Source: an uncultured virus (IMG/VR IMGVR_UViG_3300013137_000012) (Duplodnaviria > Heunggongvirae > Uroviricota > Caudoviricetes). From it: DNA of 20,000 bases. Numbering within the stretch: the stretch's first letter is position 1; each line of letters begins with the position of its first letter. Positions 7,961-16,088 of this stretch are shown here, piece by piece. Both the position numbers and the translations under genes were made by a program. The stretch lies in the IMG/VR virus record IMGVR_UViG_3300013137_000012. One strand, 5' to 3'. The notes under the pieces were generated by a model, which saw nothing but the letters and a program-made list of their open reading frames with translations, did no database searches and was not told where the DNA came from.

Positions 7961-8224
7961 AGAACGAATTCACAAAAGAAATAAAAATACATCCTGCATT
8001 TGACAAAACCTGCCAAGCGGCTATACTGGCAATGCAGATGTGAATGCTGCTTTGAATATACGTAAACGATTTCTAACAGGAAAATACGGTTCCTGTTACA
8101 ACCCAGAAAACATACAAGAATCAACTACTAGTAGGTTTTTGTATGTTTAAGGGAACGGTCTGACGGAGTTTGGAAAGAGTTAGAAGAATACTATAAGAGT
8201 ACTTTTGAAAATGGAACCAATTAA
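7957..8224 (+). pseudogene. Broken phage gene: N-terminus MKNEFTKEIKIHPAFDK (7957-8007) and C-terminus SDGVWKELEEYYKSTFENGTN* (8159-8224) flanking a transposon remnant
   Basis: ATG overlaps the ligA stop (ATGA), and the C-terminal fragment overlaps the next gene start, both typical coupling for this window. That the two fragments belong to one gene is recalled from a phage family (PAFDK...GVW.ELEEYY) and is not verified. Confidence 0.55.
8008..8158 (+). mobile_element. Remnant 3' end of a second tnpB element (IS607-like right end with probable omegaRNA scaffold)
   Basis: 8019-8150 translates as GYTGNADVNAALNIRKRFLTGKYGSCYNPENIQESTTSRFLYV* (TnpB RuvC-III motif), preceded by out-of-frame TCQ (frameshifted CxxCG). 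Hairpins TAACAGGAA/TTCCTGTTA (8074-8098) and AAACATACAAGAA/TTTTTGTATGTTT (8108-8148). Ends in ...GAACGG. Confidence 0.8.
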
Positions 8225-8408
8225 AAAATATTTAGATTTGGCATATAAATTTATTGTCTTGATGAGAGATAATAAACAGTCAGAAGCAGTGAAATTAGAA
8301 CTTGAATTAGCGACACTATTTGAAAAATTAACCGATGAAGAAAAGTATTATGTAGATGAGCAAGTACTTAGGTTACAAACATATTTCCCCGATAACGCCA
8401 AGCAATAA
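8211..8408 (+). CDS. Small helical hypothetical protein
   Basis: 65-67-aa ORF (ATG 8211 or TTG 8205) ending just before promoter P3. Confidence 0.65.
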   Translation: MEPIKKYLDLAYKFIVLMRDNKQSEAVKLELELATLFEKLTDEEKYYVDEQVLRLQTYFPDNAKQ

Positions 8409-8436
8409 AAATCAATCTTTCGCAAATATTTTCTTA

Positions 8437-8465
8437 TAGACATGTTTCGTAGTACCTGCTAAGAT
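8437..8465 (+). promoter_or_regulatory. Sigma70-like extended -10 promoter P3
   Basis: TAGACA (8437-8442), 17-bp spacer ending TGc, TAAGAT (8460-8465). Confidence 0.7.
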
Positions 8466-8513
8466 GTTGCTGTGAAGATGGAAAACAACCAGTAGATAAA
8501 CAGGAGAAATAAC

Positions 8514-8879
8514 ATGGGACTTGATCAATATGGTAATGCTCGTCCACCCGATACTAAGCCTGATGATAAAAGAAGAATTGAACTGGCATATTGGCGCAAA
8601 CATAATCGTCTTCAAGGCTGGATGGAAAATTTGTGGGTGAAAAAGGGCGGTAAAGGTGAATTCAATTGTGTAGAAGTAGAACTAACCAGTAAGGATTTGA
8701 ATGAATTGGAACGTATTGTAGAAGATAAAGAACTTCCCGAAACTACAGGATTTTTCTTTGGCAGTGACTCATATGGAGAATATGAAAGGTATCATAAGAA
8801 AACTGATTTGGAATTTATTTCTAAAGCTAAGAAAGAAATTAAAAAGGGAAATAAAGTTTATTATAGTTCTTGGTGGTGA
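8514..8879 (+). CDS. Conserved phage hypothetical protein (MGLDQY...YWRKHN...GFFFGS...YYSSWW family)
   Basis: 121-aa ORF with RBS AGGAG. Motif pattern recognised from phage hypotheticals; function unknown. Confidence 0.85.
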   Translation: MGLDQYGNARPPDTKPDDKRRIELAYWRKHNRLQGWMENLWVKKGGKGEFNCVEVELTSKDLNELERIVEDKELPETTGFFFGSDSYGEYERYHKKTDLEFISKAKKEIKKGNKVYYSSWW

Positions 8880-8882
8880 AAA

Positions 8883-9194
8883 ATGAATATTAAAGACATA
8901 AAAGTTGGAAAAGTTTATCCTTATGTTATTCTTTCGGAAGGTTGTTATCCAGATACGGGCAGGACGAGAATAAGTAAGGTTTTGAAAACGGTTTGCAGAT
9001 CAGAAGATGAAGATTACTCTAATTATTTCAGTCATTGGAAGCCAGAAGAGTTATATCCTGATGTAAAGAGTGCCAAAGAAGCTATAAGAAAAGATTTTAA
9101 TAAATTCATAAAAAATGAGAAAAGAGAATTAACTAGTAGAATACGCGAATTTAAACGACTTTACAAAAACGCAATGAAAGAAGTGGAGGAATAA
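8883..9194 (+). CDS. Hypothetical protein with C-terminal coiled coil
   Basis: 103-aa ORF tightly packed between neighbours; GGTG upstream. Confidence 0.75.
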   Translation: MNIKDIKVGKVYPYVILSEGCYPDTGRTRISKVLKTVCRSEDEDYSNYFSHWKPEELYPDVKSAKEAIRKDFNKFIKNEKRELTSRIREFKRLYKNAMKEVEE

Positions 9195-9195
9195 A

Positions 9196-10173
9196 ATGTC
9201 ACATGGAATTACAGAAATAGATAAGGGTTATGTTTGGGGCGATACTTGGCATAGATTGTCTCAATATATTAGAATTGATGTTCCAGTTACTCCAAATCAA
9301 GCAATAGAAGTACTAGATTATCCACTAGAAAAGAAAGTGCTATTTAGAAAAGATTCAAATGGTAATCTAGTAGAAACAAATGCATGGGAAATAGTTAGAA
9401 CAGATCACGATATTTCTGTAGTATCTGCCGTTGGGAAATCTTTTACAGTTATGAATAATCGTAAGCTCTTTGAGTATATTAATGGTTCTATTTTGTCGGA
9501 ATTTCCAGATATTAAAATAGAATCTGTTGGTACATTGTTCAAAGGTCAGATTGCTTTTGTAAATTTGAAGATGGATGAATTTGAAGTTAAAGGTGATAAA
9601 AGTACAACTGTTTCTAGACTAATGTATTATAACCCTCTAGGACTTGGTAAATATAAGGTTTGTGCTCATAATATACGTGTTGTTTGTAATAATACTCTTA
9701 GAATGGCAACTAATGAATCAATTAATAGCGGGTTAATTTCAATGATTTCGCATACTAAAAATGCAGAAGTTGGAATTAAGAATGGAATGGCAAGTATTCT
9801 GGCTCTTAAACAGAAATTTACAGAAGAAAAAGAATTACTTAATATATTGGCTACAAAACAAATGGATACTAGTAAGGTAGAAATGTTCTTTGATGATTTT
9901 CTACCTATTAAAGACGAAAGCACTAAAAAGCAGAAGACAAATATTACTAACTTTAGAAACGAAATTGAGGATAGGTTTAATATCTGTCAAGATTTGGATG
10001 TATCGGTTGCTCGTACAGGTTATGGAATGCTTAATGCCGTAACCTATGTAGTAGATCATGAAGAGCCAAAGAGAGGGAATGACGTAGCTAGGGTTATGTG
10101 GGATGGAATAATTGGCAATCGTAGTGATCTAAAAGTAGAGGCATTAGATTCATTAAAAACAGTACTTGTATGA
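9196..10173 (+). CDS. DUF932-family (phage/plasmid TIGR03299-like) protein
   Basis: Signature IRVVCNNTL, ESVGTLFKG, ISHT, GMLNAVTYVVDH; RBS GGAGGA. Confidence 0.85.
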   Translation: MSHGITEIDKGYVWGDTWHRLSQYIRIDVPVTPNQAIEVLDYPLEKKVLFRKDSNGNLVETNAWEIVRTDHDISVVSAVGKSFTVMNNRKLFEYINGSILSEFPDIKIESVGTLFKGQIAFVNLKMDEFEVKGDKSTTVSRLMYYNPLGLGKYKVCAHNIRVVCNNTLRMATNESINSGLISMISHTKNAEVGIKNGMASILALKQKFTEEKELLNILATKQMDTSKVEMFFDDFLPIKDESTKKQKTNITNFRNEIEDRFNICQDLDVSVARTGYGMLNAVTYVVDHEEPKRGNDVARVMWDGIIGNRSDLKVEALDSLKTVLV

Positions 10174-10883
10174 AAAAGAAAACCGAAACAATCAAAGAAA
10201 TAATACATCATATTTGTGATCGTGATTTCCATTATAGTATGGATTTGGATTATAATACTGAACATGATTGCGCAAATGCTGGATGTGATAGTGAAGGTAT
10301 TTGTCGTTGTGGAAAAATTGTAGATATTAAAATTGAATCAACAAATATGGCAGACATATACAGTGTTTTTAGCGAAGTAACATTAAATAGCGATATTTTG
10401 GGTTATTGTATTAATCGGCTCTTATATATAAATAAATTGTGGAGTAAAGAAAATCATGATGTTTGGGAAGTTAATGTTGGTGGTGGATATTATGGAGAAG
10501 AAATAGAATCAGTCAAAATGTGTCATGACGTTCAAAAAGCTCTAGAAAGTCAAATTATACGCTTAATAGATACCGCTTCAGATACAGATAAGATAAAGTA
10601 TGTATTAAAAATGGAATATGGCTACTTGTTAGATAGTATTAAGGACACAAGACATGCTCAAATAATAGATATATGGAGAAGTTCTATTAAGGTGGGACAG
10701 CCGGATCATTATAAAAAATTGGATATAAATGTAATTGAAGATTATAAGAAAACAGTTAATAAGCTTAAATTGCCTATTTGTGTATGTAAAAAGGAAAGTG
10801 GATATGTCCGTTTAATTGACGGTTATCATAGATTTGCAGCTAGTATAAAAGATACTGTAGATATAATTGTATTGGAGGATTAA
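10170..10883 (+). CDS. Protein with N-terminal Cys cluster and C-terminal ParB/Srx-like domain
   Basis: HDCANAGCDSEGICRC near the N-terminus; PICV...LIDGYHRFAA near the C-terminus (ParB/Srx DGxHR motif). Confidence 0.7.
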   Translation: MKKKTETIKEIIHHICDRDFHYSMDLDYNTEHDCANAGCDSEGICRCGKIVDIKIESTNMADIYSVFSEVTLNSDILGYCINRLLYINKLWSKENHDVWEVNVGGGYYGEEIESVKMCHDVQKALESQIIRLIDTASDTDKIKYVLKMEYGYLLDSIKDTRHAQIIDIWRSSIKVGQPDHYKKLDINVIEDYKKTVNKLKLPICVCKKESGYVRLIDGYHRFAASIKDTVDIIVLED

Positions 10884-11059
10884 TGAAAGAATACATGATT
10901 ATTAAGATTGAAAATTGTTTAGATTGTCCTTGTAGAAAAAGCAATGATGAAAGTACTTGGTGCGAAACTCCAGATGGCGAAATAAATGAGTTTGAATTTG
11001 ATGACAATTTAGATAAAGATTTTCCAGATTGTTGCCCATTAGAGAAAATGAAGGAATAA
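10883..11059 (+). CDS. Small Cys-rich protein (58 aa; CxxCP...C...PDCCPL), absent from the ORF track
   Basis: Manual translation MKEYMIIKIENCLDCPCRKSNDESTWCETPDGEINEFEFDDNLDKDFPDCCPLEKMKE*; RBS GGAGG; TAATG overlap with the upstream stop. Confidence 0.8.
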   Translation: MKEYMIIKIENCLDCPCRKSNDESTWCETPDGEINEFEFDDNLDKDFPDCCPLEKMKE

Positions 11060-11103
11060 TAAGGGGTATGATAAAGCTTTTGTAAAATTAATGGAGTATA
11101 ACG

Positions 11104-11376
11104 ATGAGGCGTAATAAAAAACTTAAAATACCAACAGATTGTAGACCTATTGAAACAGAAGTGGAAGTATTAACAAAATATAGGATTTTTGAGATAAATA
11201 GAGATTGTCTCCCAAGAGAAATTAACATCGGAAATACTTGCGATGGTGGCTATAATAATGAAGCAGAGGCAATAGAACACCTCAAATCATATGCAAATAA
11301 TAATTCCAATTATTTTTGGAGTTACAGACATTATATTATACTTCCAGTTGTGAGGATAAAGGCGGATCTGAAATGA
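11104..11376 (+). CDS. Hypothetical protein
   Basis: 90-aa ORF, RBS GGAG, ATGA overlap with the next gene. Confidence 0.7.
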   Translation: MRRNKKLKIPTDCRPIETEVEVLTKYRIFEINRDCLPREINIGNTCDGGYNNEAEAIEHLKSYANNNSNYFWSYRHYIILPVVRIKADLK

Positions 11377-11678
11377 AAATAAAAATGGATAAAACAAATA
11401 GAGGCTTTGCAACAGGTAAATTTATTGATCGTTATAATCAGGAATGTTCTATACAAAAAAGTTCTTTAGCAACAGAAAAAGCAATTTGGTTGGGTGTTGA
11501 TAATGCTAATCCCAAAATTTTAGCCTGTAAAGTAAATGGTGGTATTCCTAATGGCTGGGTAGATTATAAAATTCCAGAAGATGTTTTGTTATCTACGCGG
11601 ATGCACTTGACTCAAGATATGGTAAAAGAATTAATACCCGTTCTTCAAAAATTCGTAAAAACTGGCGAGATAAATTGA
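11373..11678 (+). CDS. Conserved phage hypothetical protein (T.RGF...CS.Q.SSLATE..IWLG...RMHLT family)
   Basis: ATG 11373 overlaps the upstream stop. Motif pattern recognised from phage hypotheticals. Confidence 0.8.
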   Translation: MKIKMDKTNRGFATGKFIDRYNQECSIQKSSLATEKAIWLGVDNANPKILACKVNGGIPNGWVDYKIPEDVLLSTRMHLTQDMVKELIPVLQKFVKTGEIN

Positions 11679-11684
11679 AGGAGA

Positions 11685-11948
11685 ATGACAGTGAACAAAT
11701 TACCCTATAATGCAAAAGCTTATATTTATGAAGATAAAAGATGGGAAGAAATACCCTGTGATTATGATAACGATGATAATCCTAGAATGAAATTAAAGAG
11801 TTTTATTGAGATGATAAAAAGGCATATTGTTTATGTGTTCCCCGAAGCCAAACAAAATCACTCCAAAATCAAAATCAAGTTGTGGCATTATGATGAAAAT
11901 TGGGACCGTGAAATTCCTCTTAAAACAAGAATTGTACAACTTTTATGA
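11685..11948 (+). CDS. Hypothetical protein
   Basis: 87-aa ORF with AAGGAG upstream (start ATG 11685 or GTG 11691); ATGA overlap downstream. Confidence 0.7.
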   Translation: MTVNKLPYNAKAYIYEDKRWEEIPCDYDNDDNPRMKLKSFIEMIKRHIVYVFPEAKQNHSKIKIKLWHYDENWDREIPLKTRIVQLL

Positions 11949-12457
11949 AAACAATTAATAAAGAGGATATTTCTCAGGCAAATGCTATCTCGCAGTTTAA
12001 TTATGATCTTTTAGACAAGGTGATAAACTATAAAATCAATAAAGAAAACCTGATTAAAATTCTACAAGGCCCTGAAGATGTTTTGATTGGTTATACAAAT
12101 AGAATAGAATATAAACCATTTTGTGATTTAGCTAAATACGCATGGTCTGTTGTACTTGTTGATGCTTATAGTGTATTGGTGCCTAATATGGTTGATGAGG
12201 TATTAAAACGCTTGAAAGGCAGAGATAATTTTCTTAATGTATTGGATGAGTTTGTAGCTTATACAATTAATCTTTTGGGTTTTGTGATAAATGAATATTC
12301 TAATTTAATAATAGATAAATATAACAATAACGAACTTCCAAAATTGTTTTATAATACAATTATGTCTGAGCTACCCGACATGGAACAATTAAAAAAATGG
12401 GAAAAACATTTTATTGCAGAGCGCGAAAATATAGCACAACAAAAACTAACTATTTAA
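11945..12457 (+). CDS. Hypothetical, probably helical protein
   Basis: 170-aa ORF coupled to the upstream gene, last gene before P4. Confidence 0.75.
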   Translation: MKTINKEDISQANAISQFNYDLLDKVINYKINKENLIKILQGPEDVLIGYTNRIEYKPFCDLAKYAWSVVLVDAYSVLVPNMVDEVLKRLKGRDNFLNVLDEFVAYTINLLGFVINEYSNLIIDKYNNNELPKLFYNTIMSELPDMEQLKKWEKHFIAERENIAQQKLTI

Positions 12458-12503
12458 GATTAAGTTCTCTCAATAAAATCAATTCTCGCATAATAAATTA
12501 ATA

Positions 12504-12532
12504 TTGCCATACACTTAATGATGTGCTATGGT
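12504..12532 (+). promoter_or_regulatory. Sigma70-like extended -10 promoter P4
   Basis: TTGCCA (12504-12509), 17-bp spacer ending TGc, TATGGT (12527-12532). Upstream CAATAAAATCAATTCTCGCA resembles the sequence upstream of P3. Confidence 0.65.
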
Positions 12533-12554
12533 AGTGTCGTAGCATGGAGGAAAT

Positions 12555-14747
12555 ATGAATCTTGAAATGTTAGAAAAATCAAACTGGATAATTTACAAAT
12601 GGCTTACAGGAAGTTATGCCTATGGAACAGCTATTGAGGGTAAATCAGACAAGGATTATCGTGGAATATTTGTGCTTCCTTTAAGTGAACGTGTTACTTT
12701 GAAATCTTCTATTCCCGAAGTAGGACAAGAAAAACCTGTAGATGTCAAGTATTATGAAGTGGAAAAATTCTTACAATTAGCACTTGATTGTAATCCTAAT
12801 ATTGTTGAATTTCTATTTCCCCCTTCTGATTGTATTGAAATTTGCACTCCTATTATGCAGATGATTATAGATAACAGGAATTTATTTATATCTAAAAAAG
12901 CGTTTCATACATTTTCCGGTTATGCTTACGCCCAAATTAAGAAGGCAAAGGGCGAGCATAAGTGGATAAACAACCCAAAACCCGAAAATCCACCCATTAG
13001 AGATGAGTTTTGTTGGGTAATTCCTTCAGAGTCAATGAGTTATGATGTAAAAAATATTCCGGCAAGACCTGTTTCGATTAACAAATCAGGCATAAATCTG
13101 GAAGAATATCATGCTGCCGGATTAGAGCATGTTTCAAATACCTTTAGACTTTATCATTATGGGAATAGTTCTAAGGGTGTATTTAGGAATAATAATTTAG
13201 TTTGTGAAAGCATTCCAATTGAAGATGAAGCCTCTAAATTTTGGGGATTTCTTATTTATAATGACGACGAATATCAAAAAGCCATGTTAGATTGGAAGAA
13301 TTATTGGACGTGGAAGAAAGAAAGAAACCCTAATAGATGGATAGCTCAAGAAAAAGGAGAGATCGATTTTGATTGTTATTTAGAAAAAGAAACGGAGTTT
13401 TTAACTAAAAATGGCTGGAAAAAATTTGACCATATTACAGAGTTAGATTTGTTGGCGACATTAAATAGAAAGCATAATTTGGTTTTTCAAAAGTTTAAGA
13501 ATAGATTTGTTAAAGAATATACGGGGGCCATTTACACCTATGAGAATAGGTTTACGAGATTTGCTGTTACGCCCAATCACAGGCTTTATGTTTCAGATTG
13601 CCATAGAAGTTTAAAAAATCATTTTTCAACAAAATATCTTCCGGCGTATAGCAATTGGCATTTTGAAACCTTTCAGCATTTAATTGACAGTAACAGAAGT
13701 CATAAACATATCTTGTTATCTCCTTATGTTGCCAATAAGAAGAAATACCCCATATCTGATAACGATATCATTTTAATGGGGTCTTTTTTATCTGAAGGAA
13801 GTGTGGTGTTTGATAAAAAGCATAATCCGAAAGAATTATATGTGGCACAAAATCGAGGGGGAAAACTTTGTGTATTTATGAATAAAATCAAGCCTGTTAA
13901 AAAATTTAATATAGCTATTACGTCTCATAAAAGAGATCATAGGGTTGAATTAACATATAGAATAAAAAATCCGTTAATTGCAACAACATATTTGAAAGAT
14001 TTTGGTCATGGTTGTAACAATAAACATTTAGCTGATTATGTCTTTAGTTTTTCTCCAAAACAAGTTGAATTATTTTTAAATACTCTTTTAGCGGGGGATG
14101 GTCATAGACATAAAAAAGGACATGTCGTTTATTATAGCACCTCTAAACAACTTATTGAAGACTTGCAAAGATTGTTATTTATTAATGGAAAAATTTCGCA
14201 AATTTATGGTTCGTATTTTTACAAAGATAAAATGTATCAAAAACTGCCAATTTACCAATTATTTATTCCTAAAACAAACAGACATGTGTGTGGTATGGTA
14301 AAATATTTTTCTCATTCAAAAGCGAATATAAAAAATAATAAGTTGTGTTTAGGGGTAAGAAAAAAACATGTTAGAAATCAAAAAATAGTTTGTTTTGAGG
14401 TGGATAATTCTATTTTAATCACTAGAAATAAAGGTAAAATAGCCATTCAGGGCAATTCAAAAAACATGCAACATTGTATTCGTTTAATTATTTCCGGTAA
14501 GAATATTTTAACAAAAGGTTATCCAATTGTTAGATTTGAGGGGGAACAGCTTCAATTTCTAAAAGATATTCGTGCTGGTAAATACGAATATGAATATCTT
14601 ATGGAATATGTAAAAAAAGAAATGAAAGCAATGGAAGAACTTTATGAAACAAGCACCCTTCCTTATAGTGCAGATCGTGATAAAATAGATAAATTATATA
14701 AGGAAATTGTATTTGAAAGGGAATATAACTATGATAATTATTTTTAA
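12555..14747 (+). CDS. Pol-beta-superfamily nucleotidyltransferase (RlaP/YcgL-like) interrupted by an intein
   Basis: GSYAYGT...SDKDYRGIF (GS..DxD motif), NPNIVEFLF, TFSGYAYAQIKKA. After splicing, IDFD|SKNMQHCIRL matches the family YDxK..H..RL motif. LKDIRAGKY near the C-terminus. RBS GGAGG. Confidence 0.9.
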   Translation: MNLEMLEKSNWIIYKWLTGSYAYGTAIEGKSDKDYRGIFVLPLSERVTLKSSIPEVGQEKPVDVKYYEVEKFLQLALDCNPNIVEFLFPPSDCIEICTPIMQMIIDNRNLFISKKAFHTFSGYAYAQIKKAKGEHKWINNPKPENPPIRDEFCWVIPSESMSYDVKNIPARPVSINKSGINLEEYHAAGLEHVSNTFRLYHYGNSSKGVFRNNNLVCESIPIEDEASKFWGFLIYNDDEYQKAMLDWKNYWTWKKERNPNRWIAQEKGEIDFDCYLEKETEFLTKNGWKKFDHITELDLLATLNRKHNLVFQKFKNRFVKEYTGAIYTYENRFTRFAVTPNHRLYVSDCHRSLKNHFSTKYLPAYSNWHFETFQHLIDSNRSHKHILLSPYVANKKKYPISDNDIILMGSFLSEGSVVFDKKHNPKELYVAQNRGGKLCVFMNKIKPVKKFNIAITSHKRDHRVELTYRIKNPLIATTYLKDFGHGCNNKHLADYVFSFSPKQVELFLNTLLAGDGHRHKKGHVVYYSTSKQLIEDLQRLLFINGKISQIYGSYFYKDKMYQKLPIYQLFIPKTNRHVCGMVKYFSHSKANIKNNKLCLGVRKKHVRNQKIVCFEVDNSILITRNKGKIAIQGNSKNMQHCIRLIISGKNILTKGYPIVRFEGEQLQFLKDIRAGKYEYEYLMEYVKKEMKAMEELYETSTLPYSADRDKIDKLYKEIVFEREYNYDNYF
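13374..14456 (+). mobile_element. Intein (361 aa, C274-N634) with LAGLIDADG homing endonuclease
   Basis: Block A CYLEKETEFLTKNGWK, block B VTPNHRLYV, LAGLIDADG-like LMGSFLSEGS and FLNTLLAGDGH, YYSTSKQLIEDLQRL, block F/G IVCFEVDN...IAIQGN followed by +1 Ser. Confidence 0.93.
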
Positions 14748-14768
14748 TAAATATAAAAGGAGGTCGTA

Positions 14769-15527
14769 ATGGCTAGAAAATACTACTTTACCGATCATTT
14801 TATAACCAGGCTTCATGAGAGATTTCCAAAATTAGAAGTAAGTTGGGATAACAAAGATCAACTATATTTAGAACTTGAGAGTATATTGGAAAACAGTACG
14901 GAAGAAAAAGGCTATTTAAATACCGAATATATGCTTTATTTACAAAAAGAATATGGCGTAGAAACCAAATATGAATTTAGAGCAAATAGAGATTATGATT
15001 TATTGTTTGTTGTTGTTGATAAAAGAGCAATTACCTGTTGGAGATTAAATGAAAGTAATAATGTAATGGTGCATAAAAAGTTTGTTAAAAATAAGAATAT
15101 AGACAGGTCTGTATTTAATCCTAAAAGTCGTAATTTAAGAAGTATTATGAGCGAATATGAGGCACAAGCACAATATGAAGAAATGGTAAACAATGGACTA
15201 TATGAAGCAAATGAAAGACTTAATTTAATAACATATGAATTAATATATGCAAACGAAGAAATAGCAGCGATTAAATGTTTAAAATGTGATACTACAAGCA
15301 CAAGTAGGTTTAATATAGAAAACAGATATTGTAATAATTGCAAAGCGTTTCATGATGATCCTAAATTAAAAGAAAATAAAACCTATAAAATATTATTAAA
15401 TCAAGATAATAAAGAACATGCGATTAAATGTGGACGATGTGGAAAAACCAGTTATAATATTAATGATGTAAAAGAGAAATATTGTGGGTGCTGTAATATG
15501 TATCATGAGATGAGGATTAAAATATGA
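14769..15527 (+). CDS. Hypothetical protein: N-terminal HxxxRxxER domain plus two tandem C-terminal Zn-finger repeats
   Basis: TDHFITRLHERF; repeats AIKCLKCDTTS...RYCNNCKAFH and AIKCGRCGKTS...KYCGCCNMYH; RBS AAGGAGG. Confidence 0.8.
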   Translation: MARKYYFTDHFITRLHERFPKLEVSWDNKDQLYLELESILENSTEEKGYLNTEYMLYLQKEYGVETKYEFRANRDYDLLFVVVDKRAITCWRLNESNNVMVHKKFVKNKNIDRSVFNPKSRNLRSIMSEYEAQAQYEEMVNNGLYEANERLNLITYELIYANEEIAAIKCLKCDTTSTSRFNIENRYCNNCKAFHDDPKLKENKTYKILLNQDNKEHAIKCGRCGKTSYNINDVKEKYCGCCNMYHEMRIKI

Positions 15528-16066
15528 TAGAACAACTCAATAATTATGATTGGGAAGAGGCGTTTAAAATAATGGGAGTTAAAACTCTTGATGAGGCTTT
15601 TAACACTGATTTTGGCAGAGAAGATGTTGTTAAAATATACGGCATAAGAGAAGGAGAAAATGATGGAATTAATTGGCTTTTATTTGGTAGACTGAAAGAT
15701 AAGCGATATTTTTTCTTGAGCGGAGGATGTTGTTATACCTGTTGGGATTGTCAAGGTTATTGTAGCGTTGATGTGGCACTATCTAAAAAATTGCTTATTA
15801 GTGATGGATTAACAGATGAGGCGCGACAAGTATTTGGAATAAAAGAGAATAAAATTGGGACTATAAAAGTAAAAGAAGCAGTAGATAGAGGAAATGTCTA
15901 TAAAGATGTTGTTTGTCCCAAAGAAATTATAGATAATAAAGAAAAGATCTTAAATGACAAAGAAAAGCTACTTAATAAAAAAGAACAGATAATAAGCGAT
16001 TTTTGTAAGAAATTTAAGGAACTATGCGATAAAGAAAAAATATTTGACAAGTTAATTGGCGAATAA
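15524..16066 (+). CDS. Hypothetical protein with Cys-rich patch and KEK heptad tail
   Basis: 180-aa ORF, ATGA overlap, RBS GAGG; GGCCYTCWDCQGYC. Confidence 0.8.
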   Translation: MIEQLNNYDWEEAFKIMGVKTLDEAFNTDFGREDVVKIYGIREGENDGINWLLFGRLKDKRYFFLSGGCCYTCWDCQGYCSVDVALSKKLLISDGLTDEARQVFGIKENKIGTIKVKEAVDRGNVYKDVVCPKEIIDNKEKILNDKEKLLNKKEQIISDFCKKFKELCDKEKIFDKLIGE

Positions 16067-16088
16067 AAATCTGTAGTACAAGGGCAAT

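Noticed and set aside
8008..8158. IStron / group I intron, or simple rho-independent terminator
   Set aside because: Too short for a group I core, with no recognisable catalytic elements. The hairpins lie within TnpB-coding remnant sequence, so a transposon end explains them better, though they could also terminate ligA transcripts.
5512..14301. Nested + strand ORFs 5512-5703 and 14098-14301
   Set aside because: Short alternative-frame ORFs fully inside longer genes with clear motifs; no independent support.
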